Source of the DNA: a virus
Taxonomy: Duplodnaviria; Heunggongvirae; Uroviricota; Caudoviricetes
Length of the DNA: 64,000 nt
IMG/VR virus record: IMGVR_UViG_3300034196_000017
Coordinates: 13,422 to 77,421 of that record
Strand: one strand, 5' to 3'
The notes under the pieces are model-generated. The model had not been told where the DNA came from, ran no database searches, and worked only from the letters and a program-made list of their open reading frames with translations. Shown here piece after piece: positions 54,329 through 64,000 of this stretch (position 1 is the first letter of the stretch; each line of letters begins with the position of its first letter). The translations under genes were made by a program, and so were the position numbers.

Positions 54329-54982
54329 TTATGCACCAGCTTTGTAACGAGTCACACGACCTTGTTGGGCCAGAGTGATTGTACGAACCATGATCTGGTT
54401 ACGAGTCAAGCTTGGTGTGTTGGTAATCGAGGCAATCGAGTTGTAAAGGATAATATCCCCGTTTACCAGATTGAGACGCTGTACGCGCTCTTCCTTCAGT
54501 TCGTCAGCAGCTTCAACGACTGGAACGTATGGTTGACTTGGGTCATCCGCAACGGTCAGTGTCAGAGTCGATGGAGACTTGGTTGTAGGGATTTGACGAT
54601 CTTCGTCCTCTTCCAAGAAACCGAACTGGTAGAACTGTTGCTCACCACCAGAACTTGCTACCTCAGTGATTTGTGGAATGTTTACCCACTTCTCAACTTT
54701 CTTAGCAGTACCAGCAGAAACACCAGCTGGATAACCTTGTGTAGAAAGGGTATTAACACCAGTCAGTACGAAGGTGTCAGTAGTAATTGTTCCAACTTTG
54801 AAAGAACGACCAGTTAGTTTTACCCAACCAGAAGTAATAACAACGATGTCACCTTCTACAAAACCATGAGCGGTTGCCGATACAACAGCAGGGTTAGCGT
54901 TACTGATCGCAGTGATTGTTACGTCATCTCCGTACTCTTCAGCGAAGTCGAAGGTAGAACCGTTAGGCAAACGAAAGGCCAT
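54329..54982 (-). CDS. major tail protein (lambda V-like)
   Basis: 217 aa directly upstream of G/G-T with a strong SD. Confidence 0.7.
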   Translation of the reverse strand: MAFRLPNGSTFDFAEEYGDDVTITAISNANPAVVSATAHGFVEGDIVVITSGWVKLTGRSFKVGTITTDTFVLTGVNTLSTQGYPAGVSAGTAKKVEKWVNIPQITEVASSGGEQQFYQFGFLEEDEDRQIPTTKSPSTLTLTVADDPSQPYVPVVEAADELKEERVQRLNLVNGDIILYNSIASITNTPSLTRNQIMVRTITLAQQGRVTRYKAGA

Positions 54983-55003
54983 ATTTGTATCCTCTTTAAA
55001 TGA

Positions 55004-55450
55004 TTAGTTTGTGTCAGCTCGGTAATTGAAGTAACAGTGGCATGTCCACCATTGCTTAAACTGTCTAGCTCCTGAAGCCTTCAATGGACTTATCACCTGC
55101 ACGGAAAAACCGGGCTCGCTGAGTACCATGTCTACTTCAAAAATGTCTTGTAGTTTATCTTGTATATCATAAAGCTTAGTGTCGGCGTCATACTCATCAC
55201 TGTTCATGAACACCTTTACATCCACTTGATAAATACCAGTAAACCGTTTGTGGTCACCACTCAGTGTCTGTGTCTCAGCTGGTGCCGGGATTAAGGATGC
55301 AACAATTTGACTAACACTGTCATACATTCTAGCTTGGTCAACGCTTAGAATAATACTTGGTCGCATAATCGCAATATCAAGCTTCCCATTAGTTGTTAAG
55401 CCTTCAACCAAACGATCATAGAAGAGTTTGTCAATTCTTCTGTTGCTCAT
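55004..55450 (-). CDS. tail terminator protein (U-like)
   Basis: 148-aa ORF upstream of the major tail gene; assignment by synteny. Confidence 0.45.
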   Translation of the reverse strand: MSNRRIDKLFYDRLVEGLTTNGKLDIAIMRPSIILSVDQARMYDSVSQIVASLIPAPAETQTLSGDHKRFTGIYQVDVKVFMNSDEYDADTKLYDIQDKLQDIFEVDMVLSEPGFSVQVISPLKASGARQFKQWWTCHCYFNYRADTN

Positions 55451-55461
55451 ACAAACCCTCC

Positions 55462-55899
55462 TTATTGATGCAGCCTGATTGCCTCATTAACAATGTTCAT
55501 AAATTCAGCTTCAGTTACACGAACCATACCAGCAGGAGCTTGTGTACTAAAACCTTCACTGGTTACCTTTTGTGTAGGTCCATTGTAAAGACCGTACTCC
55601 AAATCGTTACCGTATAGAACGTTGTTCTGAATGTATGCAACCTGACCAGCTGTAAACGAATTAGCCTTTGATGCAATTAAATTGATTGTACTTTGACCAT
55701 CTTGGTCAAAAGACATTGTGCTTGCTCCTAATTCGGCATCAATACTAAGTTGCCAGTTAGCTCTAAATCTACCTGTGTCAACAGGGCTGAGTCTAACAAC
55801 CATAGTACCAACCTGAATTATAATTGTTTGCAAAATATCGTCTAGATTAACTTCTGTCTCTTCAATCCATTCAGATACAATATCGAAGAAATTAGCCAT
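55462..55899 (-). CDS. tail completion / head-tail adaptor protein
   Basis: 145 aa; 'GRFRANWQ' motif recalls HK97 gp10-type connectors. Confidence 0.45.
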   Translation of the reverse strand: MANFFDIVSEWIEETEVNLDDILQTIIIQVGTMVVRLSPVDTGRFRANWQLSIDAELGASTMSFDQDGQSTINLIASKANSFTAGQVAYIQNNVLYGNDLEYGLYNGPTQKVTSEGFSTQAPAGMVRVTEAEFMNIVNEAIRLHQ

Positions 55900-56296
55900 A
55901 TCTCACCTGTAACTTCCATCCACATCCAACACTGTTTTCATTGAAGTGTGAATAGTTTACAACAACAACCTTACGGTTAAGGAATGTGTAATGATCACCA
56001 ATGGACGGCTCAGGTGTATCTGTACCATCATCAAGGACTGGTGAAAGATAAATCTGAAAGTCTCCATAGGTTATGTTTGTACTTGTGAATGCGTAATCAG
56101 AATAGTTAACCCTCACACCACTTGATGTGAACTCCTTGTTAACAATTGGTGTGGTCTTCCCTGTACTGGGATCAAAACCACCTGAGATGCGTTTCACGAA
56201 GGTTATAGGGACACCCTTACCCTTTGGTTGTGCAGCTAGTTGACGTATCACCATCGCTCTCATACGGTCATGGAAGGCCATTAACAACCTCCACAT
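55892..56296 (-). CDS. head-tail joining protein
   Basis: 134 aa, by synteny. Confidence 0.4.
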   Translation of the reverse strand: MWRLLMAFHDRMRAMVIRQLAAQPKGKGVPITFVKRISGGFDPSTGKTTPIVNKEFTSSGVRVNYSDYAFTSTNITYGDFQIYLSPVLDDGTDTPEPSIGDHYTFLNRKVVVVNYSHFNENSVGCGWKLQVRYG

Positions 56297-56691
56297 GCAG
56301 GGTCAACAAGATGTTGCCAGCTCTTAGTGTCACAACGGCTGAAATCAAGCAGCTTGTTACGATCACACTGGTCTGCACCAGCGAACCAAGGCATCAAATT
56401 GTCAGGAGGGACTTTACCAGTTGTAGCAATAAGATAATCAAGAAGCTTCAAGTAATTCGAACTCGTTGAGCTTGAAATCTGAAGTTCACCGATCACCTCA
56501 CGCGAACTCTCACCAGATACAAAGAATGCAGCAGACATTGCGGCATAAACCACAGCTCTGTTTACATTACCTTTACCAAGTAAAAGGAACTGCCTATACT
56601 GTTCTTCCGAAAATATCGGATAGTAAGGACCACCCGGAATATCACCGATCATAAGAGCAAGGAGTGAAATCTTTTCTTCATCAGTCATTTT
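56281..56691 (-). CDS. head completion / DNA-packaging accessory protein
   Basis: Start refined to ATG 56691 with AAGGAG SD; by synteny (lambda FI/FII position). Confidence 0.35.
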   Translation of the reverse strand, partial: KMTDEEKISLLALMIGDIPGGPYYPIFSEEQYRQFLLLGKGNVNRAVVYAAMSAAFFVSGESSREVIGELQISSSTSSNYLKLLDYLIATTGKVPPDNLMPWFAGADQCDRNKLLDFSRCDTKSWQHLVDPACGGC

Positions 56692-56746
56692 CATACTCCT
56701 TAAACAACAAAGGGCCAGCTTGACGCCAGCCCTCGGATGTAACCAC

Positions 56747-57844
56747 TTAGCTAAAGGTGATATCGAAAACAGCAGCAGGGTAAACACAGCTGTTCATGAA
56801 GTTAGAACCAACCTTCATTTGGATGATGTCATCCTCGTCATTCAGACGTTCGAAGTAGTAACGACCTTTGGCACGCTTGTTCACGTCGCTGAAGGTGTTA
56901 GCTGGAGCGTAGTAAGTCTTGAACATTCCACGTACACCAGTTGGCAGAGCAACACCTTTGGTTGGCTCGATCCATGGAACGAAGTTGCCCTCTGGATCGT
57001 CGTATCCACCAGTACCAGCGTCGATAAACACCAGACCCCACAGGGACAGGGTACGGAAGTTAGCATCCAGACCCGGAGCGGTATCAGGAGTCTTCAGCAG
57101 GATCTTGTTAAGATCTTGTGCGAAGTACTTGATCGCGTCGGTTACGAATGGGTTAGTGTATACTGCGTCAAACAGGTCAGTACCACACAGGATGATAAGT
57201 TGACGGTAGTTACCACCAGTCGAGCTGTTACGCAGAGCTTCACGCATCTTACGAACCAGTTGCGAGCAAGAGATACGTGGGTCAGCAGAACCAATCAGCT
57301 TCAGGTCGTGAGTCTGACGGGTAACACCCATTTCTTCGTAGAAGTCAACGGTGTCGCCGTACGAGGTAGCCAGAGTACCGCTTGGAGCGTATACTGTACC
57401 TTTCGTCAGCATCTGCATACGAGCCAGATCAGCAGTCAGGTCAAAGGCGTAGTTGAGATAAGTCAACTTCTCGATACGAACGTCCATCACTGTTTCCAGC
57501 TGAGCGGCTTCTTGGATCGAGTTAACGGTTGCAACACCGTCGATGTCTTGTGGCTTGATTGCATCTTGCAGTTCAAAGTTAGGGATTTTGATCTGAATGA
57601 AGCCGCGCTTTGGCTTGCTGACCATGGTGTCAGCTTTGGCTTCCCAGTTCTTATCTTTGATCAGGTGGTTGCTGTACTGAGTACGTTGAATTTCGATTTT
57701 CTTCTGGGTAACGAAGACTTCCTCAAACAGACCCAGATGGTCGATGATCGAAATATTACGTGGCATTTCTACCAGAATTTCGGTTAGCTCAACGAACTTA
57801 CCTTGCGACAAGCGATCAATATTTTTATCGATAATCAGAGACAT
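56747..57844 (-). CDS. major capsid protein
   Basis: 365 aa between the decoration protein and the connectors; size and position match lambda E / HK97-fold capsid proteins. Confidence 0.6.
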   Translation of the reverse strand: MSLIIDKNIDRLSQGKFVELTEILVEMPRNISIIDHLGLFEEVFVTQKKIEIQRTQYSNHLIKDKNWEAKADTMVSKPKRGFIQIKIPNFELQDAIKPQDIDGVATVNSIQEAAQLETVMDVRIEKLTYLNYAFDLTADLARMQMLTKGTVYAPSGTLATSYGDTVDFYEEMGVTRQTHDLKLIGSADPRISCSQLVRKMREALRNSSTGGNYRQLIILCGTDLFDAVYTNPFVTDAIKYFAQDLNKILLKTPDTAPGLDANFRTLSLWGLVFIDAGTGGYDDPEGNFVPWIEPTKGVALPTGVRGMFKTYYAPANTFSDVNKRAKGRYYFERLNDEDDIIQMKVGSNFMNSCVYPAAVFDITFS

Positions 57845-57902
57845 TTATTCTTTCCTTATGTAGAGTTTTAAACAGGGAGCCATTAGAGACTCCCCTAGAT
57901 AA

Positions 57903-58349
57903 TTAAGCTGGTTTGAAGTCGGAGACATCATTCAGGACCAACAGTCCCTGAGCAGCCAGAAGTTGCTTCAGCTTGGCGTATGGAACAGCACCCAGCAGAG
58001 TTGCATAGTTCTGTTTAATGTAGAACTCTTTGAAAGCTGCATCACGTACAATACCTACAGCGTTGAACTTACCGGCAGCGATAGCTTTAGGTGTGAAGTC
58101 GTAAGCAAACGAGTGATGGTCACCGAAGACAACAGCAAACTCGTTCGTATCAACGGCATCATCAGCAGCGTCAAGTACAGTGTAAGGATCGGTAAAAGCA
58201 GCACCCTTAGCACGAACCACAATAGTGCCTAGCTTAATTGGTGAAGCTGGTGGGGTAATGTTGATGTTTTCATTGCTGAAGTGGAAATCTTTATGGTCAA
58301 TAACCAAGTCCGATGCATACTTCAGAAGTTTCAGTTCTGTGAAAGCCAT
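57903..58349 (-). CDS. head decoration protein (gpD-like)
   Basis: 148 aa between the protease/scaffold and the capsid gene. Confidence 0.45.
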   Translation of the reverse strand: MAFTELKLLKYASDLVIDHKDFHFSNENINITPPASPIKLGTIVVRAKGAAFTDPYTVLDAADDAVDTNEFAVVFGDHHSFAYDFTPKAIAAGKFNAVGIVRDAAFKEFYIKQNYATLLGAVPYAKLKQLLAAQGLLVLNDVSDFKPA

Positions 58350-58377
58350 GTTTGTATTCCTCTAATAAATGTTTTGA

Positions 58378-59742
58378 TTAACCGCGAAGGGCTTTAGCGC
58401 GTTCAACACCAGCTTTCAGAATCGCGTCCTTGGTAGACAGAGTAGGCGATTCGTCTTCGACTCCCTCTTCACCAACAGGCTTGAAACTTTCGGCACGTGC
58501 ATCTTTAACTGCTTTTAGTTGACTAACCATAAAGGTAAAAGCACCTTCGTCAAGAGACGACATGTTAGTCAAATAGGATTCTACTTCAGCAGCAGGTACA
58601 ACCTCAGCCAGAGCAGCAGTACGTGTAGATACAATTAGGTCAGCAGCGGCTTTCTCAGCTTCCGCAGCAGCAGCTTTGTAACCTTCCAATTGAGATGTCA
58701 GCGAGGCAACCATTTCAGTTGAAGCAACCAACGCATCAGCAGCAGCTTTCATCTGACCATGAACTTGCTCGTAGTCAGCTTGAAGTGTAGTAAGTTGTGT
58801 TTGCAGTTCGTCTAGTTTAGCCATTTCAGCTTTATCCTCTTTAGATGTAAGTTTGAAGGCATCTTTAAAGTTCATATCGTTACCCTCGATTCGGTTTTGG
58901 GCAGCATCTGCCATATAGTCATAAAATTCTTCAACAGTCATAACCTTATCAGCAAGTCCGAGGGCAAGAGCTTCGTCAGCCATGAACACATTTGCTTCAG
59001 TATCTTTAACTGCTTGGAGTTCGATTTGTCGATGTGTTGCCACATGACTTGTGAAACCTTCGTAAAGTGTGTCAACCTGAGATTGCAAACGATTGATGAA
59101 CTCTTCAGTAAAAGATCCATCAGCAGCAAAAGGAACCTTGTCTTTACCGGCAGTTACGAACGTACGCTCATATCCGATCTTCTCAAGGTACTTGCTATCG
59201 TTATACAGCTGAATGAGTACGCCAATACTACCGACCATGCTGTCAGACGACATAATAATCTCATCAGCAATACAGGAGATACCATATGCAGCAGAAGCCG
59301 ACATACCATCAACATACGCGATAATCTTAATGTCATTTTCATCAGCAAGTTTACGCAAGTAGTTTGCAGTATCCATCATTGCGTGAGCTTGACCACCACC
59401 GGAGTCAACCATCATTCCGACAGTCTTTGCTCCTTGGGCGACGAAGTATTCCATTTGTTCTTTCAGCATCTCGTAACTTGTACCACCACAGAGTGCTTCC
59501 CACCCGCTTGTGCGGTAAGTGAGAGGACCAGTGATATGCATTACACCAGTCTTTGTGTCAGGAACATATCGGTCTTGAAGACTGATTGATAGTTCCTTAT
59601 CAACTGGTACAAGTTCAGCGTTGCCTTCAATTCGTTGGTTAACGTATTCCATGATTGAGTTGAATGAACCTTGCTCAATCAGATGTGGAGTGTTAACCAT
59701 CGAACCTTTGATTCTTACAAGACTATGCGGTTGTTTACTCAT
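58378..59742 (-). CDS. prohead protease (S49/SppA family) fused to scaffold (lambda C/Nu3-like)
   Basis: S49 core 'MVDSGGGQAHAMMDTANYLRKL...YVDGMSASAAYGISCIAD' plus coiled-coil C-terminal half. Confidence 0.7.
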   Translation of the reverse strand: MSKQPHSLVRIKGSMVNTPHLIEQGSFNSIMEYVNQRIEGNAELVPVDKELSISLQDRYVPDTKTGVMHITGPLTYRTSGWEALCGGTSYEMLKEQMEYFVAQGAKTVGMMVDSGGGQAHAMMDTANYLRKLADENDIKIIAYVDGMSASAAYGISCIADEIIMSSDSMVGSIGVLIQLYNDSKYLEKIGYERTFVTAGKDKVPFAADGSFTEEFINRLQSQVDTLYEGFTSHVATHRQIELQAVKDTEANVFMADEALALGLADKVMTVEEFYDYMADAAQNRIEGNDMNFKDAFKLTSKEDKAEMAKLDELQTQLTTLQADYEQVHGQMKAAADALVASTEMVASLTSQLEGYKAAAAEAEKAAADLIVSTRTAALAEVVPAAEVESYLTNMSSLDEGAFTFMVSQLKAVKDARAESFKPVGEEGVEDESPTLSTKDAILKAGVERAKALRG

Positions 59743-60385
59743 TTTGAGTTCCCTTGTATTTAGTCACCCAGTTAGGATCGTCCATGGGAACCCATCCCTT
59801 CTTAAAGTGAACGTATATCATTGAATGAATATTTGAAACGTTTTTAATGTTTCTATTTTCACAGATTTTAGAACCACTCAACCCGTTAATACGGTCTTCA
59901 TAAATCTCGTCAGCAATAGACCAAATATCGGGATTATTATTAGCTCCTTGACCTACGATACGTTCACGAACTGACCATGCCTCTTTCTTAGCTTTACTAA
60001 TTGCAGATTTATGTGATTCTGAGAAGGTTCTTCCTGTGAGTGACGTACTCAAAGATTCACAATGCTCTTTAGTTCTTTTCTTTCGAACCCTTCCAATTGA
60101 TGAGTTGTCACCACCTTGCGCACAATTCCAGCCAATTCTTTCAAATGGTCGCAATTTAAGCTCAACACCGTAAACGTAATCAACATCACCGATTAAAATT
60201 GTATCGACAACTATATTATCTTTGTATTTTCTAAGAGCATTGTAGAGAGGTATATTATCCGATTTCTTTGATTTAGAGAAATGTTGACTAACTCTCTTGG
60301 ATACGGTCTGCGTTGTAACACCAACATAACCCTGAGTGAAAATGTCGGTGTGTTCAGGAAGTCTCAACCAGTATACAAATGCCAT
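59735..60385 (-). CDS. GIY-YIG homing endonuclease
   Basis: 'FVYWLRLPEH...GYVGVT' (GIY-x10-YIG), downstream R and NxAQGG; inserted between the portal and protease genes. Confidence 0.6.
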   Translation of the reverse strand: MAFVYWLRLPEHTDIFTQGYVGVTTQTVSKRVSQHFSKSKKSDNIPLYNALRKYKDNIVVDTILIGDVDYVYGVELKLRPFERIGWNCAQGGDNSSIGRVRKKRTKEHCESLSTSLTGRTFSESHKSAISKAKKEAWSVRERIVGQGANNNPDIWSIADEIYEDRINGLSGSKICENRNIKNVSNIHSMIYVHFKKGWVPMDDPNWVTKYKGTQNE

Positions 60386-60388
60386 TAA

Positions 60389-61909
60389 TTAGCTTCCTTG
60401 ATTCGCTGTGTTGGGATCACCACTAGCACCTGTGCCTTCTCCGTTACTTCCCGGTAGACCTGTCTCCAATCCACCACCTGACTCAGATTTGAAATTAGAC
60501 ATAATCTTGCGAAGTTCTTCAGTTGACATATCGTCAGGAACTCGGTAATCAATACCTACACGGGCCAATACAAAGTTAACTGTTTCTGGAACAAGAGGCA
60601 TAAGACCAGTAGCGGCTGTTTTTTGCAGATAACTACCTACGCTATCCAGTGTCTCACTGTTAGGAAGATCAAAGTCAAAGTAAGGAACAATATCTGTAGG
60701 CCAGCTATTCTGTTCAAACAATGTCTTAACCAACTTGTGGTTAAACTGATCTTTCAACTCATTGAGGCGACTCTTAACTGCCATGTCCAAGACCGAAATC
60801 TTAGATTCAGCAAGTGAGTAGCTACCACCGCTACCACCACCCAACGACAATATATCAGCAAAGAGTGCAACTTGAATCTCTCTGGTGTATCGGTTGATGA
60901 TTGCGTTGACATCATAAGACTTCTGACCGGAGATGTTTTTAATCTCAAAGTCAAACATCTTATTACCTTCGTTATCCACCAACATTGGAAGGATAAAGCC
61001 ACTCTGTTTAGCTTGGTGCGCTCGTTCCATCATACGTGTGTACATCTCGAAAGATGCTTCACGATCAGGGTCACGATCTTCAACAAGGTAATCAGGTGGA
61101 AGGTACAGGATTTTGAATGCGTTGTTATCTTGAGCCACACCAATCGCTTCTGACTCTTGGTACGCCATCTTCATCTTCCAAGGTTGCCAAGCAGCAACAA
61201 GTGGGGATGAACCTGACGGGCTATCATTTTGAGGGTTGTGCCGGAAGTGCAAGCATTTCTTCATCGGGATGTATTTGACAGCAGGCTCTATTGAAGGCAG
61301 CGTACGCAATACCTCCCAACCATTATGCTCAAATATTACGCCGTCTGTAGGATAGAGTACACGCTGGTCGAAGCCGTCAATCTCACGTCCTTTGTCCTTC
61401 CAGTACCACCGATAGATAGTACCTTGACTACGAGGGCTAAGTGCTTCAACACCAACCAGACCGTCATTGTACTTACTACCATATTTGAAGTTACGGAAAC
61501 GGAATACCATCTCTAGGATGCTAAAGCCGTAACGGTTGAATGTAGCACCGTTCTTAATCGCCGTAGACCAGCTGTGACGCATGTCGTTCATAACTTCAGT
61601 AAGATACTTCTGCTGAGCCTTCAACGTTGCTTCACGGTCCTTAGGGACATCCTTAGGGATCTTGACAGACCACGTTGCTTCAGCTACCTTACCCTCAACA
61701 AACTCAAGTGCAGGCATGATGGTTGCATCTGCCGACATCTGACGAAAGGTTTTAAAGGCGTGAGGCCATCGCAGTTCATGCTGACAGTCATCAAACACCT
61801 GACCACCAAGCGTTACCAGACCAGTGTAACCAGTCTCGCCATAAACGATGGCAGGAGCTTTGGTGTCTCCTTTCTCTAAGGAGATTGAATCTTCGGCTTT
61901 ATCTGCCAT
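60389..61909 (-). CDS. portal protein
   Basis: 506 aa directly downstream of TerL; acidic C-terminus. Confidence 0.7.
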   Translation of the reverse strand: MADKAEDSISLEKGDTKAPAIVYGETGYTGLVTLGGQVFDDCQHELRWPHAFKTFRQMSADATIMPALEFVEGKVAEATWSVKIPKDVPKDREATLKAQQKYLTEVMNDMRHSWSTAIKNGATFNRYGFSILEMVFRFRNFKYGSKYNDGLVGVEALSPRSQGTIYRWYWKDKGREIDGFDQRVLYPTDGVIFEHNGWEVLRTLPSIEPAVKYIPMKKCLHFRHNPQNDSPSGSSPLVAAWQPWKMKMAYQESEAIGVAQDNNAFKILYLPPDYLVEDRDPDREASFEMYTRMMERAHQAKQSGFILPMLVDNEGNKMFDFEIKNISGQKSYDVNAIINRYTREIQVALFADILSLGGGSGGSYSLAESKISVLDMAVKSRLNELKDQFNHKLVKTLFEQNSWPTDIVPYFDFDLPNSETLDSVGSYLQKTAATGLMPLVPETVNFVLARVGIDYRVPDDMSTEELRKIMSNFKSESGGGLETGLPGSNGEGTGASGDPNTANQGS

Positions 61910-61925
61910 TGGGCAAACTCCTTAT

Positions 61926-63461
61926 TTATCGAAGTGGGGTTTTATTTGTTAGGTTTACACTACCCAGAGCCTTAGCCATGTTGGGTACGTTAACTCTTTG
62001 TGCTAGAATTGATGTAGCGTCACTTATACAGTCAACCATATCATCATGACCACTTTCACCACTACGCTTCTTACCGTTAAAGCCTTCAAGCTCACGATAC
62101 ATGAAGCTATTGTTGCACTCGATGTTGTTTTCAAGGTCTGTCGCACAACCCTTTAGGAACTTCACATGACCATTCATAGCCAGTGATGAGAAAGGACGGA
62201 AGCGATCCAGCTTTGACTGACTTGCTTTCATTGTCCGAACCCTGTATCCTCTTTCACTCAATGAACGAGTTAGTAGGGAGGTTGCAACCTTGGCTGAAGC
62301 ACCGGGGTCAAGCGGGATAATAATCTCGCAGTTCTTTCCGTCTTGCTCAGCATTATCGAGAATAAATCTTTCCCAGTCACCATACAGAATACGTGTGCGA
62401 CGAACATCATGAACGAAGTAATCGCCAGTCTTTAGTTTGCTCATCTTTGCACAAGCCGTATAGTCAGGACTTGGGTTACCAGAAGATTTCAATGTACCAG
62501 CAAAGTCGTATGCTCTGACAGTACGAAGAATTTCAGATGCTGGGGGCTCTGTAAGAGCTTCCTCACCACACCATGATCTTTGGAAGTATGTACTACCTTC
62601 CTCACGTGCGGTCCAGTCACCAAGCAACAGACGACGCATCTCAACTTCAGGCAAAGCCTCAAGGTTTGATTTGTATTCTGGTTGCATCTTCATCAGTGTT
62701 GGGTTGTCATCAAGTGTTCCCAGCAATACTTGGAATGCAATTGGTTTTACTTGATCGACATGATCGTTCGGTAAATGTTTTTTACCGTGCTTCTCAATCA
62801 ACTCATCAGCTGTATCACCCCAAACCATATCACCACCAACACGCAAGCAGTATCTAGTGATACCATTACGATCAGGATCAGCAATACCGTGTTTAGGATG
62901 ACCTTCTGGATACAGCCACCACTTTACCCAATCGAACAAGAAGCTGTCGGGGTCAGGGTTGCATGATAACCACATGCTTGAGTTAAGGTCAGCGTTTGTA
63001 CGGAGTCGTGAGAACAACCACCAAATGTGTGCCTCAGCAGCGTGAGTTGCTTCGTCATAGAAGACATTGGAAAGTTGTAAACCCTGATATTTGATATAAT
63101 CAGCGTCATTCTCATAATGAGAGAATGTAACAGAGGCACCACTTGGGAATACAATTCTTTGGTCTTTCCATCTAACTTTCAAGTTAGGGTAGACCTTTGA
63201 GTACAAGGCAATTGCTTCTTGGAACAATCCGCCTGCTTTCATCAGTGTGGTACTGTTCTTACGAATACAGTAACCATTGTAATTTGGATCATGCGCCCAA
63301 CGTAAGTGTCTCATCAAGCCGACATAACTCTTAGAGCTACCGGCTGCACCACCTACTACCAGAATCTTCGCATTCGACTTCAGGTACTTCTCTTGAAAAG
63401 GAGATTGAGGACGCACCATTTCGACTTCATGTTTTACATCCATGGTCATGGCGTTCTCCAT
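61926..63461 (-). CDS. terminase large subunit
   Basis: Walker A 'ILVVGGAAGSSKSYVG'; C-terminal acidic nuclease residues; 511 aa. Confidence 0.8.
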   Translation of the reverse strand: MENAMTMDVKHEVEMVRPQSPFQEKYLKSNAKILVVGGAAGSSKSYVGLMRHLRWAHDPNYNGYCIRKNSTTLMKAGGLFQEAIALYSKVYPNLKVRWKDQRIVFPSGASVTFSHYENDADYIKYQGLQLSNVFYDEATHAAEAHIWWLFSRLRTNADLNSSMWLSCNPDPDSFLFDWVKWWLYPEGHPKHGIADPDRNGITRYCLRVGGDMVWGDTADELIEKHGKKHLPNDHVDQVKPIAFQVLLGTLDDNPTLMKMQPEYKSNLEALPEVEMRRLLLGDWTAREEGSTYFQRSWCGEEALTEPPASEILRTVRAYDFAGTLKSSGNPSPDYTACAKMSKLKTGDYFVHDVRRTRILYGDWERFILDNAEQDGKNCEIIIPLDPGASAKVATSLLTRSLSERGYRVRTMKASQSKLDRFRPFSSLAMNGHVKFLKGCATDLENNIECNNSFMYRELEGFNGKKRSGESGHDDMVDCISDATSILAQRVNVPNMAKALGSVNLTNKTPLR

Positions 63462-63527
63462 GGAGATGATTGCTCATCTCCTTATATGTGCACAGTTTAA
63501 CGGGAAATTGTTTATTTGTCAATACCC

Positions 63528-63986
63528 TTATTCAAATTTAGCAAGATATTCTTTAATCATCTTATCTTTTGAACGTCCGGTGATACCAACAGCCTTACAA
63601 ACTTCTTTAAACTCAGTTTCCCAGTCCATTGCAAGCAGTTGTTCCTTAGTCCAAGGCACTCCACCATTAGTGGTCTTATCAACCACTGTTTCAGTAGTTT
63701 CAGTATCCAAAGAGAAAATAGCAGATACAGGCTCAACAAAGGCAGCGAACAATTCTTTGTTTGTCTCTTTATCAAAAACACGAACCATTGCACTTGGTGT
63801 TGGTGGAGTGTCGGTAGTAATCTCCATACTTACTGAATGAGGGAAACGCATGAATGGAGTTGTTCCCGGCTTTAGTACAGCACCCTTGTTAGCCAGTTCA
63901 ATAATGTTCTCAATAAGGTTCATGCCCAGTGAATCAGAACTGGTCACATGCAGGTTGTATGTTTTTACTTCAGTGGTATCGGTCAT
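63528..63986 (-). CDS. hypothetical protein (terminase small subunit position)
   Basis: 152-aa ORF immediately upstream of TerL; no motif recognised. Confidence 0.3.
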   Translation of the reverse strand: MTDTTEVKTYNLHVTSSDSLGMNLIENIIELANKGAVLKPGTTPFMRFPHSVSMEITTDTPPTPSAMVRVFDKETNKELFAAFVEPVSAIFSLDTETTETVVDKTTNGGVPWTKEQLLAMDWETEFKEVCKAVGITGRSKDKMIKEYLAKFE

Positions 63987-64000
63987 ATTTGACTCCTATT

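Overview
This 64-kb window is a dsDNA tailed-phage genome segment, almost entirely minus-strand coding apart from one plus-strand island. Modules from left to right: (1) 1-5.1 kb, small early-type ORFs including a HicB-like protein, a zinc-ribbon protein and a multi-TM protein. (2) 5.1-7.8 kb, two tail-fibre genes far from the main tail module. (3) 7.9-28.8 kb, nucleotide metabolism and replication: class I RNR NrdA/NrdB plus glutaredoxin, a divergent ThyX-like protein, a MazG-like pyrophosphohydrolase, a DEDD exonuclease with an HTH, a T7 gp6-like 5'-3' exonuclease, an SSB-like protein, a family-B DNA polymerase and a T7 gp4-like primase-helicase, interrupted by HNH and AP2-type homing endonucleases. 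(4) 28.8-34.1 kb, small genes including a secreted protein, an SPFH/band-7 lipoprotein gene split by an in-frame stop, paralogous small membrane proteins and a promoter-driven tRNA-like split element. (5) 34.1-34.5 kb, a GC-rich structured non-coding region with divergent promoters. (6) 34.5-39.8 kb, a plus-strand island of 16 tightly coupled small ORFs plus a UvrD-like SF1 helicase, closed by a bidirectional terminator. (7) 39.8-41.5 kb, lysis cassette: o-spanin overlapping i-spanin, holin, SAR endolysin. (8) 41.5-55 kb, lambda-like tail module: fibres, J, I, K, L, M, tape measure, G/G-T with a GGGAAAC -1 frameshift site, and V. (9) 55-64 kb, lambda-like head module: connectors, major capsid, decoration protein, S49 protease/scaffold, a GIY-YIG endonuclease insertion, portal and TerL. 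At least nine near-consensus sigma70 promoters and six rho-independent terminators punctuate the minus strand. No rRNA, CRISPR array, integrase or complete tRNA was found.
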